Source: Paraglomus brasilianum
Taxonomy: Eukaryota
DNA length: 64,000 bases
Assembly: GCA_910592345.1 (NCBI GenBank)
Contig: CAJVPI010000041.1
Location: 1 to 64,000 of the forward strand
Direction: 5' to 3'
The notes beneath the pieces are model-generated. The model ran no database searches. It saw only the letters and a program-made list of their open reading frames with translations, and was not told the origin of the DNA. A program made the translations under genes and the position numbers. Below, in pieces: positions 1 to 12,731 of this stretch (the stretch's first letter is position 1; each line of letters starts with the position of its first letter).

Positions 1-75
<75 letters not shown>

Positions 76-83
76 AAAAAAAA
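1..83. repeat. Poly(A) run at window start
   Basis: About 74 consecutive A, then caaaaaaaa. It may be a contig-end or assembly artefact, or a retroposon tail. Confidence 0.9.
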
Positions 84-215
84 CCAACATTTCAGCGAGC
101 CTTTTTTTAATATTTGAACAGTTTTTAATTCGCAATTTAAATTGCCTTTATTTTAATATCCAATTTTTCGTAACATTGCCATGAATTGCCATATTGAATA
201 GAAGGCAATATAATA

Positions 216-1037
216 CAGTCCTACCTCATTTATATCCCCACCCTGGGACGGAGCTTTTTCGGGGATATGGTAGGATACAACTAAGGTATATATGTGTGTG
301 CAACGTTATTTAAAGCATACAATTTTATTGGTTAATAAATTCTGTTAATAAAGTTTGGCGTTTGTCTAAGCGTCGAATTATACTACGTATATATCTTGTA
401 TCACTTTCTGTTGTAAACTCTCTTTGTTCCAAAAATTTTTTTAGCTAATTCGAGAGCTTCTCTTCCCATTTGTACAGAAATAGTAGCTTCCTCTTCGTCG
501 CTTGAGTCTTCTTCAGCATGTACTTGCATTTACTACAAGACACCCTCGGCCATAAGAAATTCTTCGAAAATTTCTTCTTCCGTAGGCAACTGTGTACTAA
601 CCAAACCATTATCTACGTCGACATACTTGTTCGCTGTTATATTTACCAAGGAATCTGCAAGCTTCAAATTATCGAGGGCCAAAATTAAGTTAGCCTGATT
701 TATGTGGCTTGATTTATGGCCTGATTTATGTGGCCTGAATTTATTAAAAGTGGCATGATATTCAATTGGTAGTATGAAATGCGGCAAATGATTGACAGAG
801 TATATCAATATAAATGGCATGATATTTTGTACCTAAGGGATAGGGAGGCATGATCATAATCCCGATTGATTTCCCATGCTCTATAGATTATTATAGAGCA
901 TGGGAAATCGGGACCACATGATTTTGGGGATAGGGATATATCTGAGTGGGATACAAATGAGGTAGATTTATACTGATATACAATAAGGGAAATCCGTCCA
1001 GCTTAAAAGCTGGGATATAGCCGAGGTTGGGATACAA
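216..1037 (-). mobile_element. Internally deleted pogo/Tigger-like DNA transposon remnant
   Basis: Left end TA|CAGTCCTACCTCATTTATATCCC, with an inverted near-copy (gggatacaaatgaggtag) at about 948-965. The minus strand reads as an acidic pogo-transposase-like C-terminal tail (TANKYVDVD...PTEEEIFEE...EEDSSDEEE...KRQTLLT) with a stop. The right end is truncated. Confidence 0.65.
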
Positions 1038-1080
1038 TAGGGCTTAATGGTCGAATACGGGTCCAAATAGCCAAGACGGT

Positions 1081-1265
1081 CTTTTTATAGTCACCCCCTC
1101 TATAAGCACATCATATAAAAACCTATTTATAAGCACACCATGTTTGAGAACCAATTACTATTGAACTTATAGGAAACCCCTCTATATAGTCACAACCTCT
1201 TTATAAGCACATTTTCAACAAAAGCTGCATTGTTCCCGACAGCATGACTGTAGAGAGGTTGACTG
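1081..1265 (-). mobile_element. MITE (pogo/Tc1-type), truncated inverted copy of the 57595-57790 element
   Basis: Near-identical reverse complement of 57595-57790. It ends GGTTGACTG|TA, and one TIR is truncated. Confidence 0.85.
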
Positions 1266-4200
1266 TATTGCTATTCATTCACATCGCTAATAAATAACAT
1301 TTAAACGATAGGTCAACTTTAAGACGCGACTTCACTACTTCACTTTTTTGTTACCATACATCGGCTAGATCGATCAGATTGTATTTTGTTATTCTTTTCT
1401 CCTCTTTCTTTCATATCCATTATTTTTTCTTCTCATTGAACATATTTACATACTTACTGTAATTGAGGGGACGAAACTAGTTCTGAAGTTCAATAATGCA
1501 ATTCCGGGAGAGCATTTCCCAATATTATGTTGTTTGTATTACGTGGTATATTGTACATTACTCGAACACATGCTTATACCCGATATACAGTATAATTAAA
1601 TCCCTGCACACTAATATTAAGTCAGCAAACGTTATACTAATCAACACTTGATATGTTTGTCACATCTACAATTATACTGTATTCAAAACAGCATTACAGT
1701 AATTCACTTACTGTTGATTCTTGTATTTTGTGAGTTGACAATTGACAATCAGTATTATGGCTAAATTTACTACAACAGCGAAATTAGAATGTTTGCTATC
1801 GGTTAGGTATAAATTTCAGTATGGTGGACTTCCGGTGTAGTAAAGGTAAGACGCCTCGAACGATTGGATTTGACTCACATGAATTCACTGATCGAGAGAG
1901 ACCAAGTCGCATGTATACAGTATAACGAGAATCATTTTATGTCTCACTCTCAGACACGGCGTATTCCTCCGTGATTTTACAAACATCTCCGGTCTGCACA
2001 ACGAACATTTGGCGTATATTCAGCATCGGGACGAAATCTCTGATTTATCGAAATCTGTCGCCACTTTGTTTATCCAGTTAATATTTCCCATACCATATAT
2101 CGAATTTGTCGTCAGTTTTTGTGAAACGGTATTCAGATATATAAACAGTCATAATTTCCCTAGTGAATAATATTTTCAGATCATTCGAATTCTTAATATT
2201 CTTGTAATATTCCTGCATCTTTATATTCCATAAAACTCGGTATTTAAATATAAGTTTATTCATCCCCTGGTAAATTTACCTCTATTGTCGATAAAAGAGC
2301 AAAACGCTTTCTCGTATCGACAGTAAACAGAGTCAAATTGCCATCGATTTCGTAGAAACTTTGACATTAAGATCATTATTTGATTGTTCACAAACGCGTT
2401 TAGTGTAGAAACTTCCCCGACCTATAGGCTTTCGAACGAAAGAAATAGGCGTAATATTCGAATTTAAATAATATTATTGAGATAGTACATACAAGACCGA
2501 TCTAGCATAGTGAGTATTTTGAAAACCAGTTAAAGGTCACTAATTGTCGTTTAAAGATTTACCGATAGTCAAAGGTTCGGATTGAAGACGCTAAATCTCA
2601 ATGCGTTACATGAATGGCTCTCCCACGTGTAACAGAGGAATGAGACAAGTATGATTCGGTCAGTCAAAAACATGTTGTGAGCCTGTTTAGTAAATAATTG
2701 AGATTCCATATACTAAAAAAATAATATTAATGTGTAATAACTTACAAATATTTTTGTATCTGTTATCGGATCTAGCCAATCTGATCTATTGTTTGTCAAT
2801 AGAGAGAGAATATTCAATCCATTGTACATAAGCGTCGTGTTATTACTCCGTGATTCCATAATAAAGACTTGTTGCCAGTCGGGAACTTTACAACTATAAC
2901 AAAATACATTTACAGTATATCAGGCATCCGTAATTGTGCACATGCCAGAGATATCTTGGATAATATTTCTGTTCGTCCAAACGTTTTGGTAAGAATACTT
3001 GGATACTCACTTGCGTTATATTATATTATATGCGAAATTCCAAACAATTCAATAAACATTATGTATAACTGGATAGTTTACCGGTCATAATATGAATCAT
3101 CTGTTATTATTATACAGCTAGAAGTAGGCAGACCATATGACTACGCGTATTCCCAATCCATTCCAATAGGCGTTATTTGCTTGAATACTCGTCGACTTGC
3201 TTGTTGTTGCTGGTCCCCATCGGATAGTTATTTATGCCCACAAATACACTACATCGAAATATTTCACATGCAGAGCAGAATGCATAGAGAGAATAACAAT
3301 GGTAAAACATTCTGTCAGCAACTATGTAAATTCTTTACGAAGTCATTGCATTTTTTAAGTCACTATTGACTGACATCGAAATTGTGGACTTGTGTCGGAT
3401 AGCAAACTCACTCATAGTGTACATATTTCATCACTTCCAAGTAATAAAAGCATTACTATCGTTCCGTGTAAGGAATCTATTTATTAATAAGTTTATGACC
3501 ATATTCATTTTGGTAAGGAAATTGTGATCAAGCTGTCAATTATTGTATAAGCAACGACATCGTTCTTCTAAAGTAAAGATTTCCCATAATTCAATCTCGG
3601 TTAGCATTCTCTTCGCCAGCGTATAAAACACGTATATGTTGACTCTTACGAGAATTTGTAACAAAAGATTTATTATCCGTAGTAAACTTTAAATAGCATA
3701 GTAATAGTACATGTTCACGGTCACACGAATGAGAAATTACAAAGTACAACGCATTTATATGCTACCAGGTAAAGGACGCATCACGTCAAGTCAATACTGC
3801 TATTTCGGCCTATAAAGCTAGGAAGGTTGGGCCTGCGACCGACTGAATAGATCATCCCACGTTACAACAGCCTGAGAAAGCGATAATGGAAAATGCGCGT
3901 CAAGCCATACCTCTAGTTATAAACTATTTATTACTTAATTGGGCAGTTTGATGAAAATCTACCCACTAAGTATATGATTTTAATATATTATTTCGATACT
4001 ATCCAGGAAAACTCATCAGCTCTGTACAGGCGTCTACTCAAAGAAATAGAGTGCGAATATTTCTGAATTGTCCTCTTGCAGTAAAGCAATTCCGTGCAAA
4101 TACTAGTCTGCTTGTACAGTTTTATGAAACACACTCGTAAGATAATAGTTTGTGATGATAGCTCTGGTCAGAACAAATATTTTTGCTCGGTAATGAACTT

Positions 4201-4386
4201 AGCTGTCAACACAATATTAAATTATGGACCGTTGACGGAACGAAGCTATTTCTCTTCCTTTACAATTAAGTTAAATCCTTTATTATTAATTATCGTTCCG
4301 ACCAATTTTTACTTTCCTCGTGCATATGTGACGAATCATTGACAAAGAAACAATAAATAAAAATACTTTACAGCACTCACAATTAA

Positions 4387-6948
4387 TTAAATCTTTTCAA
4401 TTTCACTTTTTGCTTCTTGCCAGCTGGCCAGGTTCTAATATAAAAAATAAAACAGCAACACCATAAGAATCAAAACATGTTACATAAATAACAAACTACC
4501 GACAATAACATTATACATACCGTATCGCACCATTTCACATGATGCCTGGCATACGCAAGCAACATCTCTCGCAAATCATGAATTTTCTGTCGTTGAAATC
4601 TATCCAGGTCGGCTTGAATTGCAGAAGATATGATTTTAAGGTCTTTTGACGTTGTTACAAGCGCCTCTTCAAGCTATCCATATGGAACAGGTCGGTGAGT
4701 AAAAAAAAATACTTGATAATGATTTAGTAACAAACAAGACAACGCCCACCTGAATAATAGATTCTCGAGTTTTTCCCAGACTGCTTCTCCGTGAAGCTTC
4801 GGGGTCAACATCCATGATTCCATGCAAAGTATGACTTAATACAGAAAATAGGGTACTTCTCCGTTTCTTAAGCTGTTTGCCACCCCCATTATTAATTCCA
4901 TTATACTCCCGTTCTAATTCACCTCTGTTTTCACTATCGCCCGAGTCTCTACTCTGTCCAACATCGCCTGCACTTAGTCTCCGAGGTCTATTTAAATCTT
5001 CGGTTCCACTATGATTCTTCAAAGCAGCTTCAAGACGCTTGGCTTCTTGTTCGGAGCGTTCAAGATTTTCCAAAGCTGTTTTTTGTTTTTCCAGACTTTC
5101 GGTAGTCAGTTCCATCTGAAGATGTTTCATGTGACGATATTTGAGTACTTGCTTGATTATTTGAGCAAACTGAGAATATTCCTGAAGTGGTTCTGAGAAA
5201 TCTGTTTCAAGAGAGGTGATCTGTGAGATGGCAGAATAAAAAAAATTATGTTGAGCAAAGTCACCTTTGGAGCAAAAAATGAATGCTTGCAAATATTTTT
5301 CATACAAACACTGAAGGGAAGAAAAGTCTAAATGTAGGGAGGGACTGTATAAACAGCCATCCTACGATAATCAATAAGTAGATCCTATTCTCAATACCCA
5401 CCAAATTTCCAGTAGCCACAAAACAAGAGTCGATAGCTTGCCCAATTTTCTCTATCGCCTTTGCAAGATCTCCCGATTCATCCAAGCTGAACGTGTTATA
5501 AGTAGCACCGAGTTCAGCATAGTCATTCGATAGATCTATTGAGTAGATAGGCGTGGTTATTCTATCAAGGCTCATAACGCAACTGACAAGATCCAAATCT
5601 TTCCTCTCCTCTCTCCTCAACCCTCCCTCTCCTTCTCTTCGCCCAAATCCCTATCGCTCATGTCCACGACTCACCTCCCAATCTCTTCAGAATTCTCCTG
5701 TTTGTCTTTTCCATGTTCTGGCTTAGATGATTAGCAAACCTATTCGTAAACGCTTCGGATTCAATGAATCTCGAATCAGGATTCTTCAACTGCTGCGATG
5801 CACTAGGATTTGGCAGAGGTGGCTGTGATATTGGTTGCTGAGACGACAACGCATTTGGGTTTGTGGACGGAAGATTAGCGGGAGATATTTGGAGGATGTT
5901 TTTTGGAAGATTGGAAAGAGGCGGGGCGTGTAATACTTCATTCTAGTACAATGCAAGGAATAGAGGTTAGTATTACGATGTCGTATAAAAAGAATTCGTC
6001 ATCGGACGATAGTTACCCATGATATGCCCGTTTCCAAAAATTTATGAAACACATGTTCGTTCTTTAGTAGCTGATGAGTAGCAACGCGATTGAGAAAGGT
6101 CTGCAACATACGCTTGCGCTTCTCTATAATTAATTCTTCTTTTGCTTTACTTGGCAAGGTCGCGTAGTCAGCTACAAAACATTAAAAATAACAATGTAGT
6201 TCGGTAGACGTTTCTAAATCGTATGCAAACCCCCAACCCTACTATGTATATATTGCGTCAAAAACACTTGGTAAGATAGATCACCGATGGAATGTTTTTC
6301 TGGTATTGGCGGAATTATGACTGTTGGATATAATTTAGATAAACCTCTGCGTAATGATTCGAATTCAGAGTATCTACGACGAACTTCGTACTCCTACAAG
6401 TTGATATAAAAACGGACGGAGGTGTTAATACAACGGGAAAAGCGAGAAAGAGTGAGAGATTGAGAATAGGTACATAATCAATGGTATATGAATAAGAGTC
6501 TTAGAGATGAACCTGGTGATAGATTGCTGTATATTGTAATTGCATCTCTAATGGGAAAGCGTATTGTGCTTGAACCACCAATCTTATATTATACGCTCAA
6601 CACACTCCTCTCTCTCCTTCATTTCTATCCCTATTTCACGAACAAATATCAATAAATCGTCCTTACATCGAGTTTTATTGAATACGTAATGTAGGAGCTT
6701 CCACCCCCGTCGCTGGTCTTTTGTGCGTTATTAACTGCGATGTGAAAATCCCCTGCATGGAATATCCTATCTATCTGGCAACAGAAATGTGTCTTCTCGC
6801 GTTGTTGGGTGTCGAATGCAGTAGCGGACGGTTGCACTTCGTCAATTTGTAATATGCCTTCGCTTTCATCAGAAGATACGTCGTCGGAGGGATATGGCGG
6901 GTTTATGGGAGTGGCGTCTGCAAAGGGATTTTCTTCGAGGTCTGCCAT
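4387..6948 (-). CDS. SNX41: PX-BAR sorting nexin (Snx41/Atg20 family), multi-exon
   Basis: PX motifs SYITYSI / [13 protein letters not shown] / IIPPIPEKH / [13 protein letters not shown] are spread over GT-AG exons. BAR region [28 protein letters not shown]. The last exon is [15 protein letters not shown]. Confidence 0.85.
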
Positions 6949-7853
6949 TATGGAATATGAAGTTTGGAGAAAGTTGGTAAAAGGGCGAAACACAAAGTGT
7001 GGGAGTGTATGTTTACGGTGTAACGTAATTTAGCATCATCAATATGATATGATGTGTTGACGTATGGCTCGGGATCTTTTTCCCACAATGCGTGACCCTT
7101 CCGAAAAATGTTTTCTGAGAATATTACTATCCTTTATGTAGTATACAGTGCTAATTGACACAATTTCGCTTCGTACATTGTGAAGACTGTAAATATGGCT
7201 GATCGAATTGTGGGAAAGACTTATTGTTACTTACCAAGGCTCATTGTCAGTAATACAACCTATTGTTATTCTTTATGTTCAGTCTGATATTTCATTGATA
7301 CCCGCATGAACTTATTTCTTGACACTCAATCAAGAAAGTCTGTAATGGAGACAGCAAGCTTTCACCAATTACCATTCTTTCAATAATGTATTAGTTGAAT
7401 TTCTTGGGTACGGTATGTGTAAAGAATGAGAATGCTGCAATGTTAAAGATATTCACATTTTGATGGAAGCCTATTAATAGTAAGCCCTTATTTGTTTGAA
7501 CAATACTCGTTTGAAACGCCGCATTTTTATGCTATCCCAAAAACTGTATATAAACGATATGATATTCGCCACAATTATGCCGAAAAAAATATTTCATAAT
7601 GTAATATTAAGAACAAGTTTAATAGTAAGTTAATTAAATTAACTAGCGTAATTATGTATAATTTAATATTAATATAAACTATTATTATTATTATTAAGCG
7701 TGAGTACAAACGTCACAACATACACAACATATCTAGTCTCCGTAAACATTGTATTGATTGGTTGATTGTACAGCCGTGTGACATTTAGCAACCATCAGCA
7801 CCATCGCAAGTTTAACATTGAGAAGCTAGACTTTTTATATCCATTTTGCAGAG

Positions 7854-10800
7854 ATGGCAGAGGCTATAGTAAGTTAATTCACACTTTATGAACAGTTGCA
7901 ACATTTATTAGAACAGTACGAAACAATGTTTCATTATTATTCTGAAGTGAGAAACAGAATTCAAGGGTAATAGTCTACTGATTGTTACTAACTAATATGT
8001 TATTCCTACGTTTATTTACGTCAGAACAATGGCGAATTGTCATCCTCGAAAACGAGAAACAAAGGTAAAGGCAAACAAATCGAAGACAACGAGATTGATG
8101 ATATAACTCAATCGGACGAAAACCTGAGTGCAATCCAATTGAGGGAGGAGGTGATCAAATGCTTAGAATCAATTGCCAACAACAGAAAGCATCACTTTAT
8201 CAGATTGCATACCTTGTTGTTGACAACCAAGGATAAATTGGATGAAGATCAATTGGAGAATGTATTGAAAACAATAGGAACAGCAAATATTTCATATACA
8301 GCACATAAGGTAACAACTGGTATGGAGTTGGAGCTACATCTCAGAACATATGTGTTGGCATTGGAAGCATGGGGCAGGAGACCACTCATAATGGCAAAGG
8401 AACTCCGTGAGTCTTTGTATGGACATCTTGCTACTTTGAATGATTTTCATCAACGGCATACTGAAGCATTAAAGAATGGCCTGAAGAAAAACTTTAAATC
8501 TGGGTATACTCCATACAATGACCAAAGAACTGCATATGACTTATATTCTGGTTTAGAGAAAGGTGTCAATTGCCAGAATTACAATATTGATTTTTTGCTG
8601 ATACATCTTCGGGATACTCTTCATGCAATGCCTGATGATGAACCAGTCTTATTTAAGATTATAAGACCACTAAAAGCTGTGTTCACTAGCATGGTTGGAA
8701 TTTTACCTGGCATGGCTAATATTATGGCAAATATTCAAACGCCATTTGATAACAATAATTTCCTTGAGACATATAATAATATTCATCAGACACTAAACCT
8801 CAAGTTTCCTATCACCTATTGGTACAAGGATTGGAGATATTTATACAGCACATATCAAGCATTTGTTGAATGGTCAGATATACCAATCAATGAGGATTTA
8901 GTTTTCAAAGGTGAATTGATGATTATTAAAGATTTGTGGAGATTTGGAGATCAGGAATGGGCCAAAGCTACTGTAAAATCAGAGTCAGAGATGGATACTT
9001 TCAAGTCTGACTTAAAGCATACACTGGTCCATATTGGTGGTTATGCCCCTGTATCATACCCATATTCTTTATTGTATGGTATACTAGAAATTACTCAAAA
9101 ACTCATATTATCTACAAAAAATACTAGTACTTTGGCTCACTGCTATTATCTTGCAGTATTGACACTTGACCTTGTATTAACAGAAAATATTCAATTTAAA
9201 GCAATGGAAGTCTTGACAGCACTCTATAAAAAGGATCCAGATACCTTTTCAGTTGTCCAAGTAGATTTATGTCAGCATACCAAACATGTTACAGAATTGG
9301 ATGGAGCTAATAAAAGCAGGCTTCAAGATATGATTGAATACATTAATGTAAAATATAAATTTATTAAGCCTGCATTAGAAACATCAATAATGCCAATACA
9401 AAACACAGTGTTAGAACAGAATCCTGAGGAATTGCTTGATTCCAATCCAGATGATTTGTTGATTTTGGATATGGTGGCAGACCATCTCACATGTCCCTTT
9501 ACACAGAAAGTTACAGATGATTTTAGAATATTGCCATGTGGGCACAAGATCAGCTACTCAGCTTTAGGGAAATTTATGATATTCAATTATTCTTCATTAA
9601 AATGTTTTTACTGCAACAAAAAAATCAGGATCCAAGATACCAAATCATTAGAGAGTTCACCCATCTATAAAGCATTGTATGAAAAGTTTGTTGAAACTGG
9701 ACACATTACACCAAAAGACAACACATCAGACTTTACAACAGCTGTAGAAAACCAGGATGCCAGTGATTCTGAGGAATATTCTATCATGAAAACAAAGTTT
9801 TTATATTTACTGAAAATGAAACCTAAGAAAACTCTTCTGCAAAGAATTAGAAGACCAAAAGGACAACACCCCACATACAGACAAGGCAAGAAAGCTCTCA
9901 ATAATGGAAGATACAAAGATGCAATAATATGGTTGGAAAGAGCATGTGAACATTATCCTAATAGTTCCACCATTCAGTGTGATCTTGCTTATGCATATAT
10001 GCTAAATTCAGACTACAAAAAGTGTCATAATTATATAAATGAAACAATCAAGAATAATCCTAAAAATGCCAAAGCTTGGGCAATACTTGGAAACAATTAT
10101 ATGTTGCAATCTGAATATAGACAGTCCCTTAAAAATCTTAAACAATCATTGGAGATTGAACCAAATAATGCATTTGCATTGGGAGTAAGGGGTACTGTCT
10201 ATTGCCTGCTTAAACAATATGATAATGCATTGGTTGATCTCAATAAATCATTGGAGATTGAACCAAATAATGCATTTGCATTGAGAGGAAGAGGAGAAGT
10301 CTATTTTATGCTTGATCAATACAACAAAGCATTGGTTGATCTCAATAAATCATTGGATATTGAACCAAGCGACACATATGCATTGAGAGTAAGGGGAAAA
10401 GTCTATTGTAGGCTTGATCAATATGACAAAGCATTGGTTGATCTCAATAAATCGTTGGAGATTGAACCAAACGACGCATTTGCATTAAGCGGAAGGGGAA
10501 ATGTCTATCGCATGCTTAAACAATATGACAATGCATTGGTTGATTTCAATAAATCGTTGGAGATTGAACCAAATGACGCATTTGCATTGAGAGGAAGGGG
10601 AGAAGTCTATCGCATGCTTGATCAATATGACAATGCATTGGTTGATTTCAATAAATTGTTGGAGATTGAACCAAACAACGCATTTGCGTTGAATAGAAAG
10701 GTAGAAGTCTATCGCATGCTTGAATATGGAATTAAATTGGTTGATTTCAGTAAATCATTGGAGATTGAACCAAACGACGCATCTGCATTGAGAGGAAGGG

Positions 10801-11546
10801 GAAATGTCTATTGCATGCTTGACCAATATGACAATGCACTTGTTGATCTCAATAAATCGTTGGAGATTGAACCAAACGACGCATTTGCATTAAGTAGAAG
10901 GGGAGAAGTCTATCACATGCTTAAACAAGATGACAATGCATTGGTTGATCTCAATAAATCGTTGGAGATTGAACCAAATGACGCATTTGCATTGAACGGA
11001 AGGGGAGGAGTCTATCGCATGCTTGACCAATATGACAATGCATTGGTTGATCTCAATAAATCGCTGGAGATTGAACCAAATGACGCATTTGCATTAAGTA
11101 GAAGGGGAGAAGTCTATCGCATGCTTAATCAATATGACAATGCATTGGTTGATCTCAATAAATCGTTGGAGATTGAACCAAATGACGCATTTGCATTGGA
11201 AGTAAGGGGAGACGTCTATCGCCTGCTTAAACAATATGACAATGCATTGGTTGATCTCAATAAATCGTTGGAGATTGAACCAAACGACGCACTTGCATTG
11301 AAAGTAAGGGGAAATGTCTATCGCATGCTTGATCAGTATGACAATGCATTGGTTGATCTCAATAAATCGTTGGAGATTGAACCAAACGACGCACTTGCAC
11401 TGAAAGTAAGGGGAAATGTCTATCGCAAGCTTAAACAATATGACGATGCATTGGCTGATCTCAATAAATCGTTGGAGATTGAACCAAACGACGCATTTGC
11501 GTTGAGAAGAAGGGGGAAAGTCTATCGAATGCTTCATAAAAAATAA
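7854..11546 (+). CDS. U-box/RING plus tandem TPR repeat protein (~1180 aa)
   Basis: Short exon 7854-7868 (MAEAI) and a GT-AG intron 7869-8024 join in frame to the 1169-aa ORF. It contains LTCPFT...ILPCGH...CFYCN (U-box/RING-like), then TPRs. Confidence 0.85.
10141..11543 (+). repeat. Coding tandem array of 102-bp (34-aa) TPR units, 13 complete plus 1 partial
   Basis: Unit KSLEIEPNDAFALxxRGxVYxMLxQYDNALVDLN is near-identical at DNA level. Unit 6 is 33 aa. Confidence 0.95.
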
Positions 11547-11674
11547 CAAATACGGCAATACTGAAAGCAAGTCAATGTTTATCAATGAGTTGTATCTAAT
11601 AAATTTTATGTTGATGTTATCTCCAAATTCATGGCCCGTCTATGGGCTATAAGACGTTAATTCCAGATATAATA

Positions 11675-12638
11675 CAGTCAAACCTCTTTATACCGATATT
11701 TTTTATACAGCCTTTGGAACCGTTTACTAATTATGATACAGTCGCACCTCGATATAGTCACAGCGTCGGGATATGAAAATTTGGTGACTGTAACAAGGTA
11801 TGACTATATCGATTTTCCTTTATATAGTCACTCAATAGGCCTGTTACTAAATTATGTGACTGTACAAAGGTAATATTATATGTATTATTACATCAATAAT
11901 CAAGTCTCAGTTAATTCACCCACAGTAGATATGGACCATAATTGCATATTTATTGTTTCTTAATTTTCATTATTAAAAAACTCCCTAATTTGATGTTTGT
12001 TTTTCATATTCTCGTTGAAATTTCCTTAAGAAATGTAATTATTCAGATCTAATATTCGATTCTGAGTTAGCCTGCTCTTCAAAACGAAGAACCGTTTGCA
12101 TTGCGCTATGTACTTCCTTAACTGTTACAAGTGGAGGAGGCGCTTCGTCCTCGTCGCTTTCGTCTTCAGCTGTTTTACTCACAACAAATATTGTCTCGTA
12201 AACTCTTTGGAAATTTCTTGGTGTTTGGCTAAGGGATATTTTTGAGAATATTCACAAATTTCTTTTCGCTGAGCATTATTGACATGACAGCGTGGTTTTT
12301 TAGTTGAACGTGGCATTGCAAAGAACACAAGATAAATGAGTTTTATTACTGGTAGATCATCAGATAGTCATGTGATTTTGTGACTAATTCAAGGGCAGAT
12401 CATATAATGGTGATATATATTGGTAATTGAAATGGTGTGATAGTGACTATTACCTAAATGTGACTAAATTTCATATAAAATGAGTCGGTAAATTTCAAAA
12501 TGTGACTATATCGCAAATGTGACTATATCGAGAGTGACTATATCGAGGTGCGACTGTATAAGATTTCTTCGGCTATACCGATAAACTGGTTATACTGATA
12601 GAAACGACGCGTGCCACTCGTATCGGTAGGTTTGACTG
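11675..12638. mobile_element. Small MITE interrupted by a nested element
   Basis: TA|CAGTCAAACCT...TACCGATA at the left end and TATCGGTAGGTTTGACTG at the right end. Confidence 0.65.
11739..12556 (-). mobile_element. Non-autonomous pogo-like element with perfect 23-bp TIRs
   Basis: CAGTCGCACCTCGATATAGTCAC ... GTGACTATATCGAGGTGCGACTG, with TA on both sides and subterminal GTGACTA repeats. Minus-strand acidic tail remnant EDESDEDEAPPPLVTVKE. Confidence 0.9.
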
Positions 12639-12731
12639 TCTGCCAATGATGAAAGATCAAGAACATGTGATCTCAAATTTTAAACGCGTACTTCACCATT
12701 ACGAGTTCCTTAATATCACATAATTCCACAG

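Noticed and set aside
1820..1890. tRNA-like look (GGTGTAGTAAAGGTAAGAC)
   Set aside because: No TTCRA T-loop and no convincing acceptor stem.
1950..3750. Possible decayed gene on the minus strand
   Set aside because: Short coding-like stretches with many stops, and no family could be recognised.
10141..11543. Diversity-generating retroelement acting on the TPR repeats
   Set aside because: There is no reverse transcriptase or non-coding template repeat, and variation is not restricted to adenines.
11094..11585. Repetitive antisense ORF (163 aa)
   Set aside because: It is a shadow of the TPR array on the opposite strand.
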